Below, in pieces: positions 7,341 through 16,376 of a stretch of 64,000 nucleotides of DNA; the stretch's first letter is position 1; each line of letters opens with the position of its first letter. The stretch is from an uncultured Gemmatimonadales bacterium. GTDB lineage: Bacteria; Gemmatimonadota; Gemmatimonadetes; Gemmatimonadales; GWC2-71-9. The stretch spans positions 320,001 to 384,000 of the forward strand of contig CAVSQW010000009.1 in assembly GCA_963730185.1 (NCBI GenBank). The letters run 5' to 3'. A program made the translations under genes and the position numbers. The notes under the pieces are model-generated. The model saw only the letters and a list, made by a program, of their open reading frames with translations. It did not search any database and was not told the DNA's origin.

Positions 7341-10325
7341 TTAGGCGTTCATCCGGGCGTGCAGCAGCTCCTCGAGGACCTGGTGCGCCCGCTCGAATTC
7401 GGCACGGAGTTGGGCGACGGCGGCGGCAAGGTCGGTCGCCCCGCTCATCGCGTCGCAGCGTTCGGCCATCGGCGCCGCGCCCACCAGGGCACACATCCCC
7501 TTGAGCTCGGCGGCCGCGGCCGTCAGGGTGGCTCGATCGCCGCCCCGGGCAGCTCGCTCCATGGTCTCGAGCCGCACCGGCGTCTCGGCCAGGAAGAGCG
7601 ATACCAATTGGGTTCCGAGGCCCGCCCCGTCGCTCGCCAGTGAAGCTCGGAGCTGCGCCAGAGTGGCCTGGTCGATCGGCGGCCGGGTCGAGACGGGAGC
7701 GGGCCGGTTCGGCACGTACGGCTCGAGCAGGCCCTGGAGGCGGGCGAACTCGGTCTCGAGCTCCCCCAGCCGGTCGCGGGCCGTGGGCTCGTCGCCGACC
7801 AGCGCCGCGGCCTCGAGCCGATCGCAGCCCTCGGCCAGGGCCGTGGCGCCGATCAGGACGGCCATCCCCTCGAGACTCTGGGCCGCGCCGGCGGCGCCGG
7901 CCGGGTCCTGGGCGTCGAGCGACCCACGGAGCTCGCGGAGCCGGCTCGGCCCGTCCTTGAGGAACACGGTCGCCATCTGGAGCGCCAACGGATTCTCGGG
8001 GTTGGCCCGGAGGTGGTCGACGATCGTCGGCGCGGCCGGCGGCGGATGGTGGCCGTTGGTGGTCAGGGTCGGGGCGTCGAAGTCGATCACCACCGTCTCG
8101 TCGGCGACCAGCTCGAACTTGGCCGGCTCGGCCGGGGTCCCCGCGGTGGCCGCCGGTGCGGCCACCGGCGGCTCGGGCGGCCAGAAGGTGGCGTTTGCGT
8201 CGGCGCCGTAGTCGGGCGCGGCGGTGGCCTCGTACTTGACCGCGACCTCGGGCAGCGGAAGCGTGATCCAGACCCGGGTCGCATCGTCGGCCCCGGTCTC
8301 GATTCCGGCCGAGCCGCCGAGGGTTCGGGCCACCTCGCGGACCACCCGGAGGCCGAGGACGGCATCGTCACGCACGGCATCGCCCTCGGTGCCAAGTAGC
8401 TCCATGGCGCGGATCCGATCGGCGTCGGCGAGCGGCTCACCCCGGTTTTCCACCACCAGCCTGATCCGGCCGGCCTGACCGGTCGGACCGCCTTGGTCGG
8501 CCCGTTCGGCCGTGAGAGCCACCCGACCTCGCCGGGCCGCGCGGACGGCGTTGTCACGGAGATGGACCAGGGCCCGGCGGATGAGGGCCCGGTCACCGTC
8601 CACCCGGACGGCCACGTTCGGCGCCACGGCCACTTCCACCTGAACTGGGGCCTCGCCCGCCACTTCCTGCAGTAGATCGAGCAGATCGAACGGAGCGGGA
8701 TGCGTCTCGAGCATGCCCGCCAGGCTCCGGCCGATCAGCTCGACGTCGTCGCGCCAAAGGGAGTCCTCATCCCGGGCGGCCCGCCCGGCCACGGCCGCCA
8801 GGAACCGGCCCATCCCGGCCCGCTCGGCCTGCTGCTCGGCCTGGGCGGCCCGGACCGTCTCGGCGGCCCGGCGTTCGGCGCTCAGGTCGATCAACCGGCC
8901 CAGGAACCGGACCGGGCTCCCGGCGTGGTCGGTGAGCACCTCGGCCTCGAGGCGATACCAGCTCCAGGCACCATCGGCCCGATGGAGACGAAGGTCCCGC
9001 GTGAAGGCCGTCCCCGTCCCGGAGCTCCCCTGAAGCGCTGCCAGCACCGCGTCGCGCTCGTCGGGGTGCAGGATCTCGAGCAGGCTCTCCTGCTCGTCCG
9101 GGAAGGCCGCCTCCTCGTAGCCGAGGAGGAGACGGAACCGGCGGCTGAAGGTCCACTCCCCCGAGTTGAGATCCTGCTCCCAGATCCCGTCGCGCACCGC
9201 GTCGAACGCCCGGTCGAACCGTTCCTGGGTGGCCCGCACCGTTCCGACCAGTCGGTTCACGGCTCCCACCGCGTCGTTCCACTCGGGAACCGGCGAGAGT
9301 GAGGGCAGTGGCGAGGGCAGCTCACCGTCATGGACCGGCTTGAGGGCCGAGGCCAGCCGCTCGACCGGGGACACGATCCAGCGGCGCCCGAGCGAGATGC
9401 CGGCGAACGCCAGCCCGGCGATGCCGACGAATGAAGCCACCAAGAGGAACAGCAGGTGCCGCTGAGCGCGCTGGAACGGCGCCCGGCCGGCCACGATGTC
9501 GGCCCGGGTGTTCTGGACGGCGAAAATGTCGCCCAGCGTGAAGCGGACCCGAACGCTGTCGCCTCCGGCCACCGATTCCACCTCGGTCGGGAAGGCGGTG
9601 CGGGCGGCGTCGATGCCGGTGAGCGTGAGGTTGTTCGCGACATCGCCTGGTCCTAGGCCGAGGAGCGACAGGCGGAAGGGCTGGGCGGCCAGGACGTAGC
9701 CCTCGATCGGCCGACTCGGATCGCGGTCCCGCGGCAAGATGGGGGCGCCCGTCACCCAGTAGAGCCGCTCGCCCTGGCGCACCAGGCCCGCGGTCGCTTC
9801 CCGGTTGTCGAGCATCCGGAAGATCGCGTTGGTGACCGCCGACTGCTCGAGCTGCTCGGCGGCGACGTCGTTCCAGCGATAGAGGTGATGACCGCTCAGG
9901 TCGTAGATCGACACGAAGCGATCGCCGAAGAGGCGCGGGAACCAATCGGCGAACGGGGGCTGGTAGCCGGAGTCGGGCTTGGTGGTGAGATGGTCGATGG
10001 CCTGATAGAGGCCGTCGGAGAACGCCACGTCGGCAAGGCGGGCCTTGTCGCGGCCGATCAGCCGGTCGACCCGGTTGCGGACGTCGCCGGCCAGCCGGGC
10101 ATATTCGGACCGCTCGAGGTCGGTAATCGCGCTCGAGGCCCGCCAGTACACCAGGCTCGACAACGCCGCGAGGATCAGCGCGATCGCGACCACGACGGTC
10201 ACGACCATGCCGCGCATGTCCTTGGGGCGCAACCAGGAGGCGCCCCGTCGCCGCCGGCGGCGGCGGGCCGCCTTCGACCGCGGACGACTCGGTCGGTCCT
10301 TGCTCTCACTACCAACGGACGACAT
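7341..10325 (-). CDS. membrane sensor protein: CHASE4-like periplasmic domain, HAMP, PAS, degenerate kinase domain, two Hpt-like domains
   Basis: Two TM segments flank an extracytoplasmic domain; HAMP-like PVERLASAL...EWNDAVGAVNRL; PAS (DGIWE...LHPDERD...DGAWSW); HATPase-like LRDNAVR but no H-box His; CAGGGAG SD upstream of the ATG. Confidence 0.82.
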   Translation of the reverse strand: MSSVGSESKDRPSRPRSKAARRRRRRRGASWLRPKDMRGMVVTVVVAIALILAALSSLVYWRASSAITDLERSEYARLAGDVRNRVDRLIGRDKARLADVAFSDGLYQAIDHLTTKPDSGYQPPFADWFPRLFGDRFVSIYDLSGHHLYRWNDVAAEQLEQSAVTNAIFRMLDNREATAGLVRQGERLYWVTGAPILPRDRDPSRPIEGYVLAAQPFRLSLLGLGPGDVANNLTLTGIDAARTAFPTEVESVAGGDSVRVRFTLGDIFAVQNTRADIVAGRAPFQRAQRHLLFLLVASFVGIAGLAFAGISLGRRWIVSPVERLASALKPVHDGELPSPLPSLSPVPEWNDAVGAVNRLVGTVRATQERFDRAFDAVRDGIWEQDLNSGEWTFSRRFRLLLGYEEAAFPDEQESLLEILHPDERDAVLAALQGSSGTGTAFTRDLRLHRADGAWSWYRLEAEVLTDHAGSPVRFLGRLIDLSAERRAAETVRAAQAEQQAERAGMGRFLAAVAGRAARDEDSLWRDDVELIGRSLAGMLETHPAPFDLLDLLQEVAGEAPVQVEVAVAPNVAVRVDGDRALIRRALVHLRDNAVRAARRGRVALTAERADQGGPTGQAGRIRLVVENRGEPLADADRIRAMELLGTEGDAVRDDAVLGLRVVREVARTLGGSAGIETGADDATRVWITLPLPEVAVKYEATAAPDYGADANATFWPPEPPVAAPAATAGTPAEPAKFELVADETVVIDFDAPTLTTNGHHPPPAAPTIVDHLRANPENPLALQMATVFLKDGPSRLRELRGSLDAQDPAGAAGAAQSLEGMAVLIGATALAEGCDRLEAAALVGDEPTARDRLGELETEFARLQGLLEPYVPNRPAPVSTRPPIDQATLAQLRASLASDGAGLGTQLVSLFLAETPVRLETMERAARGGDRATLTAAAAELKGMCALVGAAPMAERCDAMSGATDLAAAVAQLRAEFERAHQVLEELLHARMNA

Positions 10326-10439
10326 CGAGCACTCCCTGTTCGCTGAGCTGCGGGGTAACCCGAGTCGTCTATTGCATAAGTTGGGCTCCTCTGGCTGCAG
10401 CTTTTTGCGGGAGGGAGGTCAAGGTCTGATCGCCGTCGG

Positions 10440-10620
10440 TAAGCGCAGTTTCGTGCACTAGTAGTATGCTATGATACCTTGTTGTGAAACAAATCGAGCC
10501 AAGATGCCGCAATCGGCTTTTTCACAATGTCTTAGCGATTGTCACCGAGACTGATATGTGTCGGCTGTTGTCATCGATGTGACCGACAATCAGTCAGAAA
10601 TCCACCTCCGGATCATCGAT
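10440..10620. promoter_or_regulatory. low-GC intergenic region upstream of the sensor/kinase gene pair, with two imperfect inverted repeats
   Basis: Clearly more AT-rich than the flanks; TTGTGAAA...TTTCACAA (about 10482-10528) and GACTGAT..TGTCGG / CCGACA.ATCAGTC (10549-10595). Confidence 0.5.
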
Positions 10621-10696
10621 CGGATCGAACCGCGGCGTCAACGGCGGCGACGCCATGGTTCGGCGCCGCTCTTGGATTTTGCGGGGGCCGGGCCGG

Positions 10697-11491
10697 CTAG
10701 CGGCCGAGGGCGGTGACCGGGAGGCGGACCAGGGTCTGCTCCCAACGGAGGACCAGGGCGACCGGCCGGCTCGTTCGGTCGACGTCGATGGTGAAACGCT
10801 CGGTGTAGTCGGGTGCCGCCCGGCTCGGGACGATGGCGCGCCCGATTTCCTGCCTGGCGACTTCGGGGGTGTACTCGGACTCGATGCCCCACTGGCTGGT
10901 GGAGCGGTTCAGAATGATCTCCCAGCTCTCGGGGCCGGGAATGGTGTAGAGCGCTGCCTTCCCGTCCTCGATCGGGATGCCGGCAACGGCGATCGGCTTC
11001 GCGGTGCGGATCGTGGTCGGCTCGTTGGCGCCGGTCCGCCAGAGGCGACCGAAGGGCACGTGGGTTCCGCCGATCATCTTCCGCCCGCGGGCCGCCGGGC
11101 GGCCGTAGCAGACTTTGACCGGCGCGCCGTCGACCTCGAACGAGACCGAGGCGGGTGGACTCGACCGGAGGAGCCAGGAGGGGAGCCAGCCCCAGTTGCG
11201 CCGGCAGGGGAGGGTGGTGCCGCGGGCGCCGGACCAATCGCGGCCGGTGGCGACGAAGCTCGCCGCGGCGAGGGCGACGGTCAGGGCTACGGCGGGCATC
11301 CAGCCGATCCAGCTGGCCACCACCCGGACGGCGAGCGCGACCAGCAGGCCGAGCAGGACAAGCCACGCGATCGAGACGAAGAACAGCGTGCTCGGCGGGA
11401 GGTCGGGCGCGACCTGCAGGCCCCCGACCAGGAGCGCCCCGCCCAGCACCACGCCGGCGATCGTCAGCGGCCGGCGTGAGCGGGTCACCAT
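10697..11491 (-). CDS. DUF2911 domain protein with N-terminal transmembrane helices
   Basis: VKVCYGRPAARGRKMIGG..VPFGRLWRTGANEPT...LYTIPG...W.IILN...QWG matches the DUF2911 pattern; three hydrophobic N-terminal segments. Confidence 0.8.
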   Translation of the reverse strand: MVTRSRRPLTIAGVVLGGALLVGGLQVAPDLPPSTLFFVSIAWLVLLGLLVALAVRVVASWIGWMPAVALTVALAAASFVATGRDWSGARGTTLPCRRNWGWLPSWLLRSSPPASVSFEVDGAPVKVCYGRPAARGRKMIGGTHVPFGRLWRTGANEPTTIRTAKPIAVAGIPIEDGKAALYTIPGPESWEIILNRSTSQWGIESEYTPEVARQEIGRAIVPSRAAPDYTERFTIDVDRTSRPVALVLRWEQTLVRLPVTALGR

Positions 11492-12021
11492 CCTTCCCGC
11501 CGGGCCAGCGCGGTGATGTGAGCGACGTGGTGGGCGCCGTGCCAGGCGTACAGGGCCACCAGCCGTTCCAGGGTCATCGGCGCGGGGTGCTCGGGATGGA
11601 TCAGGGCGCGTTGGTAGTCGTCGGGCGCCAGCGATTCGAGCACCCGGATCCAGCGCCGGTGCAAGAGCTCGAGGAGCTCGAGTGACTCGGCGATCGGGGC
11701 TCGGTAGTCGGGGAGTTCCGCCCAGCGGGCCTCGTCGTACGGCCGGATGGTGGGCGTCGACTCGGTCAGCGCGAGCTTGGTGCGGACGTAGGCGTTGGCG
11801 TGGCTGTCGAACAGGTGGTGGGTCACCTCGCGGACCGTCCAGCCGCCGGGGCGGTACGGTGTGTCGAGCTGGCGGTCGTCGAGGTTCCGGGTGGCCGCCC
11901 TGAGGCGGCTGGGCGCCGCGGCGATCTCCTCGAGCCAGCGTCCCCGGATCTCGAGGGTAACGGTAGCTGGGAAGGTGAACCGGCCGATCGGGTACCGAAG
12001 GTCGGGCACGGTTTCGGTCAT
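11485..12021 (-). CDS. YfiT/BstA-family (DinB superfamily) metal-dependent thiol transferase/hydrolase
   Basis: DLRYPIG, LDTPYRPGGWTVREVTHHLFDSH, IRPYDEARWAEL, LYAWHGAHHVAHI; start ATG at 12021. Confidence 0.88.
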   Translation of the reverse strand: MTETVPDLRYPIGRFTFPATVTLEIRGRWLEEIAAAPSRLRAATRNLDDRQLDTPYRPGGWTVREVTHHLFDSHANAYVRTKLALTESTPTIRPYDEARWAELPDYRAPIAESLELLELLHRRWIRVLESLAPDDYQRALIHPEHPAPMTLERLVALYAWHGAHHVAHITALARREGW

Positions 12022-12038
12022 GACGCCTCGGCTCTCGG

Positions 12039-12443
12039 TCAGTGCAGGTTGCTTTGGATCATCATCTGCCGAGCGCGACGGAAGGCCACGATCCCGAGCA
12101 CCATACCGGCCAGTTCGACGAGAAGAAATCCGACGAACATCCGGCCGGTGATCCCGCGGCTCATCATCCCGAACAGCCGCCCGGCGGCGAGTCCTCCGAA
12201 CACGGAGATCTGAACCGCCAGGGCGCTCCGAACCCACCGGGCCTGGCTCGAGCAGACGAGGAAGGCCACCCCGAGACCGATCTCGAGGCCACCGTACATG
12301 GCGCCGATCTCGACCAGCATGTGGTTTGGCGGGCTGGTGACGTTGAAGAGCTGAAAGAGGCCGTCGGGAAAGAGCAGGAAGTAGGCGCCGAGCGCCAGGA
12401 ATCCGATTCCGCTCAGGAGGAGCGACAGACGGGGTAAGCTCAT
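12039..12443 (-). CDS. four-TM membrane protein (DUF4345-like)
   Basis: EIGAMYGGLEIGLG and GGLAAGRLFG motifs; start ATG 12443 overlaps the upstream stop. Confidence 0.7.
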   Translation of the reverse strand: MSLPRLSLLLSGIGFLALGAYFLLFPDGLFQLFNVTSPPNHMLVEIGAMYGGLEIGLGVAFLVCSSQARWVRSALAVQISVFGGLAAGRLFGMMSRGITGRMFVGFLLVELAGMVLGIVAFRRARQMMIQSNLH

Positions 12444-13069
12444 GGGCGTGTCGTCCGAGGTGGCAGCTCGCCGGCGGCCCCGCCGGCCGGCTTGCCTGGC
12501 ACGGAGAGCAGCACGGCGCCATCTCCCAGGGAGATAACGCCGTCGGCCGGGACTTCGACGTAGAGATCGCGACCACTCTTGGTGAGGGCCGGGTATTGCC
12601 GGCCCACCTGGGCCATCATCTGGGCGAGGAACAGCTCGGGAAACCGGATCCCGTTGACCTCGAGGCGCCGGAGCCAGAATCGAGCGACCCGCGGTCCGGT
12701 GCGCTGGAGGACCACGTTGGCCACGATGGGGGTGGACGGAGCGACCATGTTTGCCAAGGGGCCGAGCAGCTGTCGGGCCTCCGGGGGCAGGTCGTCGAGT
12801 CGGCCGCGCACATCGATCCCCGAGGAATCGACGGCCACCTCGATGCCCAGCGTGTCGGGGATCGGGCCGGTGCCGAGACGAGCCAACAGGTAGGACGCCC
12901 AATCGCCTCCGCTGATCTGCCCCTGGGGCAGCTGGCGGTCCACGAAGACCGAATCGACCATCGCCGAGGCACGGACGACCCCGGCGTTGGAGAGCGTCCC
13001 GGGGGCGTGGTCCTGGGCCGACAGGGGCAGCACGACGAGGCCGACAAGCAGGAGAGTACGCCCGATCAT
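12440..13069 (-). CDS. hypothetical exported protein
   Basis: MIGRTLLLVGLVVLPLSA-QD signal peptide; ATGA-type overlaps with the genes on both sides. Confidence 0.7.
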   Translation of the reverse strand: MIGRTLLLVGLVVLPLSAQDHAPGTLSNAGVVRASAMVDSVFVDRQLPQGQISGGDWASYLLARLGTGPIPDTLGIEVAVDSSGIDVRGRLDDLPPEARQLLGPLANMVAPSTPIVANVVLQRTGPRVARFWLRRLEVNGIRFPELFLAQMMAQVGRQYPALTKSGRDLYVEVPADGVISLGDGAVLLSVPGKPAGGAAGELPPRTTRP

Positions 13070-13572
13070 GACGACGGTTCCGGTGGCGGCTCCGCCGTCG
13101 GCGGGCTCCGGGTCAGGTACCACGCCAGCAGAACGGCGCCGATCGACACGCCGACGTCGGCCAGATTGAAGATCCAGAACCGCGACTGGCCGAGGCCCAC
13201 GTCGATGAAATCGACCACCCCGCGGGCCGAGCGGAGCCGGTCGGCCAGGTTGCCCAGCGCGCCGCCGATGACCAGGGCCAGAGCGACCACGAACCCGGTG
13301 GCCCGGCCGTCGGCCCGGAGATAGAGGCGGCCCAGGATCAGCACGGCCGCCAGCGCCGTGAGGCTGAAGATCACCCGCGAATAGGGCCCGGCCGAGACGC
13401 TCAGCGCGGCGCCGGGATTGTACGACAGGGTAAACCGGAGGTAGTCGCCCACCACCGGCTCGGGGATCGAGGGCGTCAAATGCCGCTCGGCCAGCTCCTT
13501 GGTGGCGCAATCCGCCAACAGCAGCGTGACCGTGAGGGGCCAGAACAGGCGGGCCTTCGGGGCGCGGAACAT
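13066..13572 (-). CDS. lspA: lipoprotein signal peptidase II
   Basis: YNPGAALS, GGALGNLADR, VVDFI and FNLADVG motifs carrying the catalytic Asp residues. Confidence 0.95.
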   Translation of the reverse strand: MFRAPKARLFWPLTVTLLLADCATKELAERHLTPSIPEPVVGDYLRFTLSYNPGAALSVSAGPYSRVIFSLTALAAVLILGRLYLRADGRATGFVVALALVIGGALGNLADRLRSARGVVDFIDVGLGQSRFWIFNLADVGVSIGAVLLAWYLTRSPPTAEPPPEPSS

Positions 13573-13598
13573 CTGAGAGAATCTGATGACAATGGCCT

Positions 13599-13637
13599 AA
13601 AAAAGGGAAGCCGTCCGGTCCGGTGGGACCGGACGGC
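13599..13637 (-). terminator. probable intrinsic terminator after the amidase gene
   Basis: Minus strand: GCCGTCCGGTCC-CACC-GGACCGGACGGC 12-bp stem followed by TTCCCTTTTTT, about 20 nt after the amidase stop. Confidence 0.7.
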
Positions 13638-13655
13638 CAGGCCGGAGGCGGTCCC

Positions 13656-15272
13656 TCATGCCGGGATCGACGGCGCAAACTTCGGTGGCACACGGACTTT
13701 CGTTGCCTGCTCGAAGGCGTAGGCGTAGCGGAGCAGCCGGGCCTCGCTCCAGGCCGGGCCCATGAAGGAGACCCCGACCGGGAGGCCGTCGACGTGGCCG
13801 CCGGGCAGGGTGACGTGGGGATAGCCGGCTACGGCAGGGTAGGAGGCGCTGCCTCCGGTGAAGCGGTCGCCGTTGACCAGGTCGATCGGCCAGGCGGGGC
13901 CGGTCGTCATCGAGACGATCGCGTCGAGCCGGTGGCGAGCGATGAGCCCGTTGAAGTTCCCTCGGGTGATCGACAGGATCCGCTGATGCGCCTCGCGGTA
14001 CTTCGGATCGGTGAGAGGACCGCGCTTCTGGGCCTCGAGAAAGGTCTCCTGGCCGAACCAAGGCATCTCCTGGTCACGGTGGGCATCGTTGAAGGCGATC
14101 AGGTCGGCCAGGGTCTTCGGAGTCACCGTGTTCCCCCGGGAGGCGAGGTACTTCTCGACTCCGTCCTTAAACTCGAAGACCAAGACCTCGAACTCGTCCT
14201 TGCCGTACTTCTCGTCGATCTCGGGCAGGTCGACCGGGTCTACCAGGACGGCGCCGGCCGCCTTGAGGGCGCGCAGCGCCTCCTCGAAGACCGGGGCCAT
14301 CTTGGGGCCGAAGCCGAAGCCCTTCCGGGCCACGCCGAGGCGGACGCCCCGGAGGGCGCCGGGCTCGAGACCCTGGGTGTAGTCGGGAGCGGTCTTGCCC
14401 TGGCTCGCCCGGGTGGCGGGGTCACGGGGGTCGACGCCGGTGAGGGCACCGAGGAGATGAGCGGCGTCGGTCACGGTGCGGCACATCGGGCCGGCGGTGT
14501 CCTGAGTCGCGGAGATCGGGATGATGCCCGACCGGCTCCAGAGCCCGACGGTCGGCTTGACCCCGACCAGCGAGTTGAGCGAAGACGGGCACACGATCGA
14601 GCCGTTGGTCTCGGTCCCGATGGTGAGGGCCGCGAGGCAGGCGGCGCCGGCCGCGCCCGACCCCGCGCTCGACCCGCACGGACTCCGGTCGAGCACGTAG
14701 GGGTTGTGAACCTGGCCGCCTCGCCCGCTCCATCCGCTCGACGAGTTGCTGCTCCGGAAGTTGGCCCACTCGCTCAGGTTGGTCTTGCCCAGGAGGACCA
14801 GGCCGGCCGCCCGGAGGCGCTCGACGATGAAGGCGTCGCGCGGCGCGGGCCGCCCGACCAGGGCAAGGGACCCGGCGGTCGTCTGCATCCGGTCGCCGGT
14901 ATCGATGTTGTCCTTGATGACAATGGGGATGCCGTGGAGGGGGCCCCGGAGCTTCCCCTGGCGCCGCTCCTCGTCCAGCTGGTCGGCGATCGTCAAGGCG
15001 TCGGGGTTGGTCTCGATGATCGCGCGGAGGGTCGGACCGCGCCGGTCCAGGGCCTCGATCCGCTCGAGATAGAGCTCGGCCAGCCGGCGGGCGGTCCAGC
15101 GGCCCGACCGGATGCCGTCCTGGAGGGTAGCCACGGTCGCCTCGTCGAGCTCGAAGGCCTGCGCCTGGGGCAGAGTCGGCGCGTCGGGAGGGGGCGAGAA
15201 CTGGCGGGGCCTGGGCGCCCCGACGATGAGTCCGCCGGCAATGCCGGCCCGGAAGAAATCACGACGCTTCAC
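13656..15272 (-). CDS. amidase-signature family enzyme with Tat signal peptide
   Basis: GTG start VKRRDFF (twin arginine); LHGIPIVIKDN, GKTNLSEWAN, CGSSAGSG and GTETNGSI (Ser-cisSer-Lys triad). Confidence 0.92.
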   Translation of the reverse strand: MKRRDFFRAGIAGGLIVGAPRPRQFSPPPDAPTLPQAQAFELDEATVATLQDGIRSGRWTARRLAELYLERIEALDRRGPTLRAIIETNPDALTIADQLDEERRQGKLRGPLHGIPIVIKDNIDTGDRMQTTAGSLALVGRPAPRDAFIVERLRAAGLVLLGKTNLSEWANFRSSNSSSGWSGRGGQVHNPYVLDRSPCGSSAGSGAAGAACLAALTIGTETNGSIVCPSSLNSLVGVKPTVGLWSRSGIIPISATQDTAGPMCRTVTDAAHLLGALTGVDPRDPATRASQGKTAPDYTQGLEPGALRGVRLGVARKGFGFGPKMAPVFEEALRALKAAGAVLVDPVDLPEIDEKYGKDEFEVLVFEFKDGVEKYLASRGNTVTPKTLADLIAFNDAHRDQEMPWFGQETFLEAQKRGPLTDPKYREAHQRILSITRGNFNGLIARHRLDAIVSMTTGPAWPIDLVNGDRFTGGSASYPAVAGYPHVTLPGGHVDGLPVGVSFMGPAWSEARLLRYAYAFEQATKVRVPPKFAPSIPA

Positions 15273-15499
15273 GCGAGGCTCCTGTTGCGGTGCATGCGGG
15301 TCAGTTCGGATCGGGAGGGAGGGCTGGGCTCGACGGCATGACTCGGTGGCCGAAGGGATGGGGAATCTATCCGGCCGCTGCCGGATCGGCGAACCGAGGT
15401 GACGTCGGCTCGGTCGAGCGCGAAATGGCTCACCGTCGCGCTGGCGGCGTCGCGGACCCGCCACTAGCTTGAGCCGCGTCCCGATCGGGAGTGCGTTCG

Positions 15500-15937
15500 A
15501 TGGAGCACGAAGGCGTGTCGGTGAAGGGCATCCTGGGCCGATTCCTTGCTTCCTTGGCGCTGGTGTACCTCACCTTCAATCCCGAGGGCTATTCGTTCTT
15601 CCACTGGGCCCTCGCCCCGATCGTGAACGATCGAGCCTCGGCGGGCCAACAGCTGCCGCTCAAGGTGCTGGCCGGTTTGCTGCTGATTGGCGTCTGGGTG
15701 TTCTTGGTGCAGACGACCCGCCGGTCGATCGGCTGGAAGGGGGCACTGCTGGTCCTGGCGATCCTGGCCGCGCTGGTCTGGGCCCTGGTCGACTGGCACG
15801 TGCTCAACCCATCGAGCAGCCGGGCGATCGGCCACGTGGTGCTGCTCGCCATCGCGCTGGTGCTGGCGCTCGGCATGTCGTGGTCGCACCTGAGCCGACG
15901 CCTGTCCGGCCAGGTCGACACCGACGACACTGACTGA
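15500..15937 (+). CDS. four-TM membrane protein (DUF6524-like)
   Basis: LVYLTFNPEGYSFFHW...TRRSIG...GMSWSHLSRRLSGQVDTDD. Confidence 0.75.
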   Translation: MEHEGVSVKGILGRFLASLALVYLTFNPEGYSFFHWALAPIVNDRASAGQQLPLKVLAGLLLIGVWVFLVQTTRRSIGWKGALLVLAILAALVWALVDWHVLNPSSSRAIGHVVLLAIALVLALGMSWSHLSRRLSGQVDTDDTD

Positions 15938-15938
15938 C

Positions 15939-16376
15939 TCAGCGGTTGGCGTCGCTATCGGACGCCCGGATCACCGCCCGGATCGCTTTGGTCCATCCAT
16001 CGGCGTCGGCCGGCGGGACGAACGACCAGGATTCCCGCGACTGGCCGTTGCCCGCGTTGATCCGCACCCGGTCGCCGGTCCGACTGACCTCGTAGAACCG
16101 CCGGCTCTCGGGTTTGATCTCGATCCCGACCTTCTCGTTCTTGTGGATCAGGACCGTCTTGCCGGTCACGACGATGGACGCCACTCGATCCTCCCAGCCG
16201 GCATCCCGGGTGCCGGCGTCGTGGGTGTACCGGAAGGTCAGATTGTCGGCCCGGTAGGCGATGCCCTCGGCCGCGAAGGCCGTTTCCTGGTCGGCGCCGA
16301 GATGGCTGGTGTCGGGGTCGGCACAGGCCGTGACCAGGAGCCCGACCGCCAGGACGACACCGCGTCGCGTCCTCAT
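15939..16376 (-). CDS. hypothetical lipoprotein, possibly PH-like fold
   Basis: Lipobox-like LVTA-C after a basic/hydrophobic N-terminus; beta-rich body ending in helix DGWTKAIRAVI; start overlaps the upstream stop. Confidence 0.7.
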   Translation of the reverse strand: MRTRRGVVLAVGLLVTACADPDTSHLGADQETAFAAEGIAYRADNLTFRYTHDAGTRDAGWEDRVASIVVTGKTVLIHKNEKVGIEIKPESRRFYEVSRTGDRVRINAGNGQSRESWSFVPPADADGWTKAIRAVIRASDSDANR

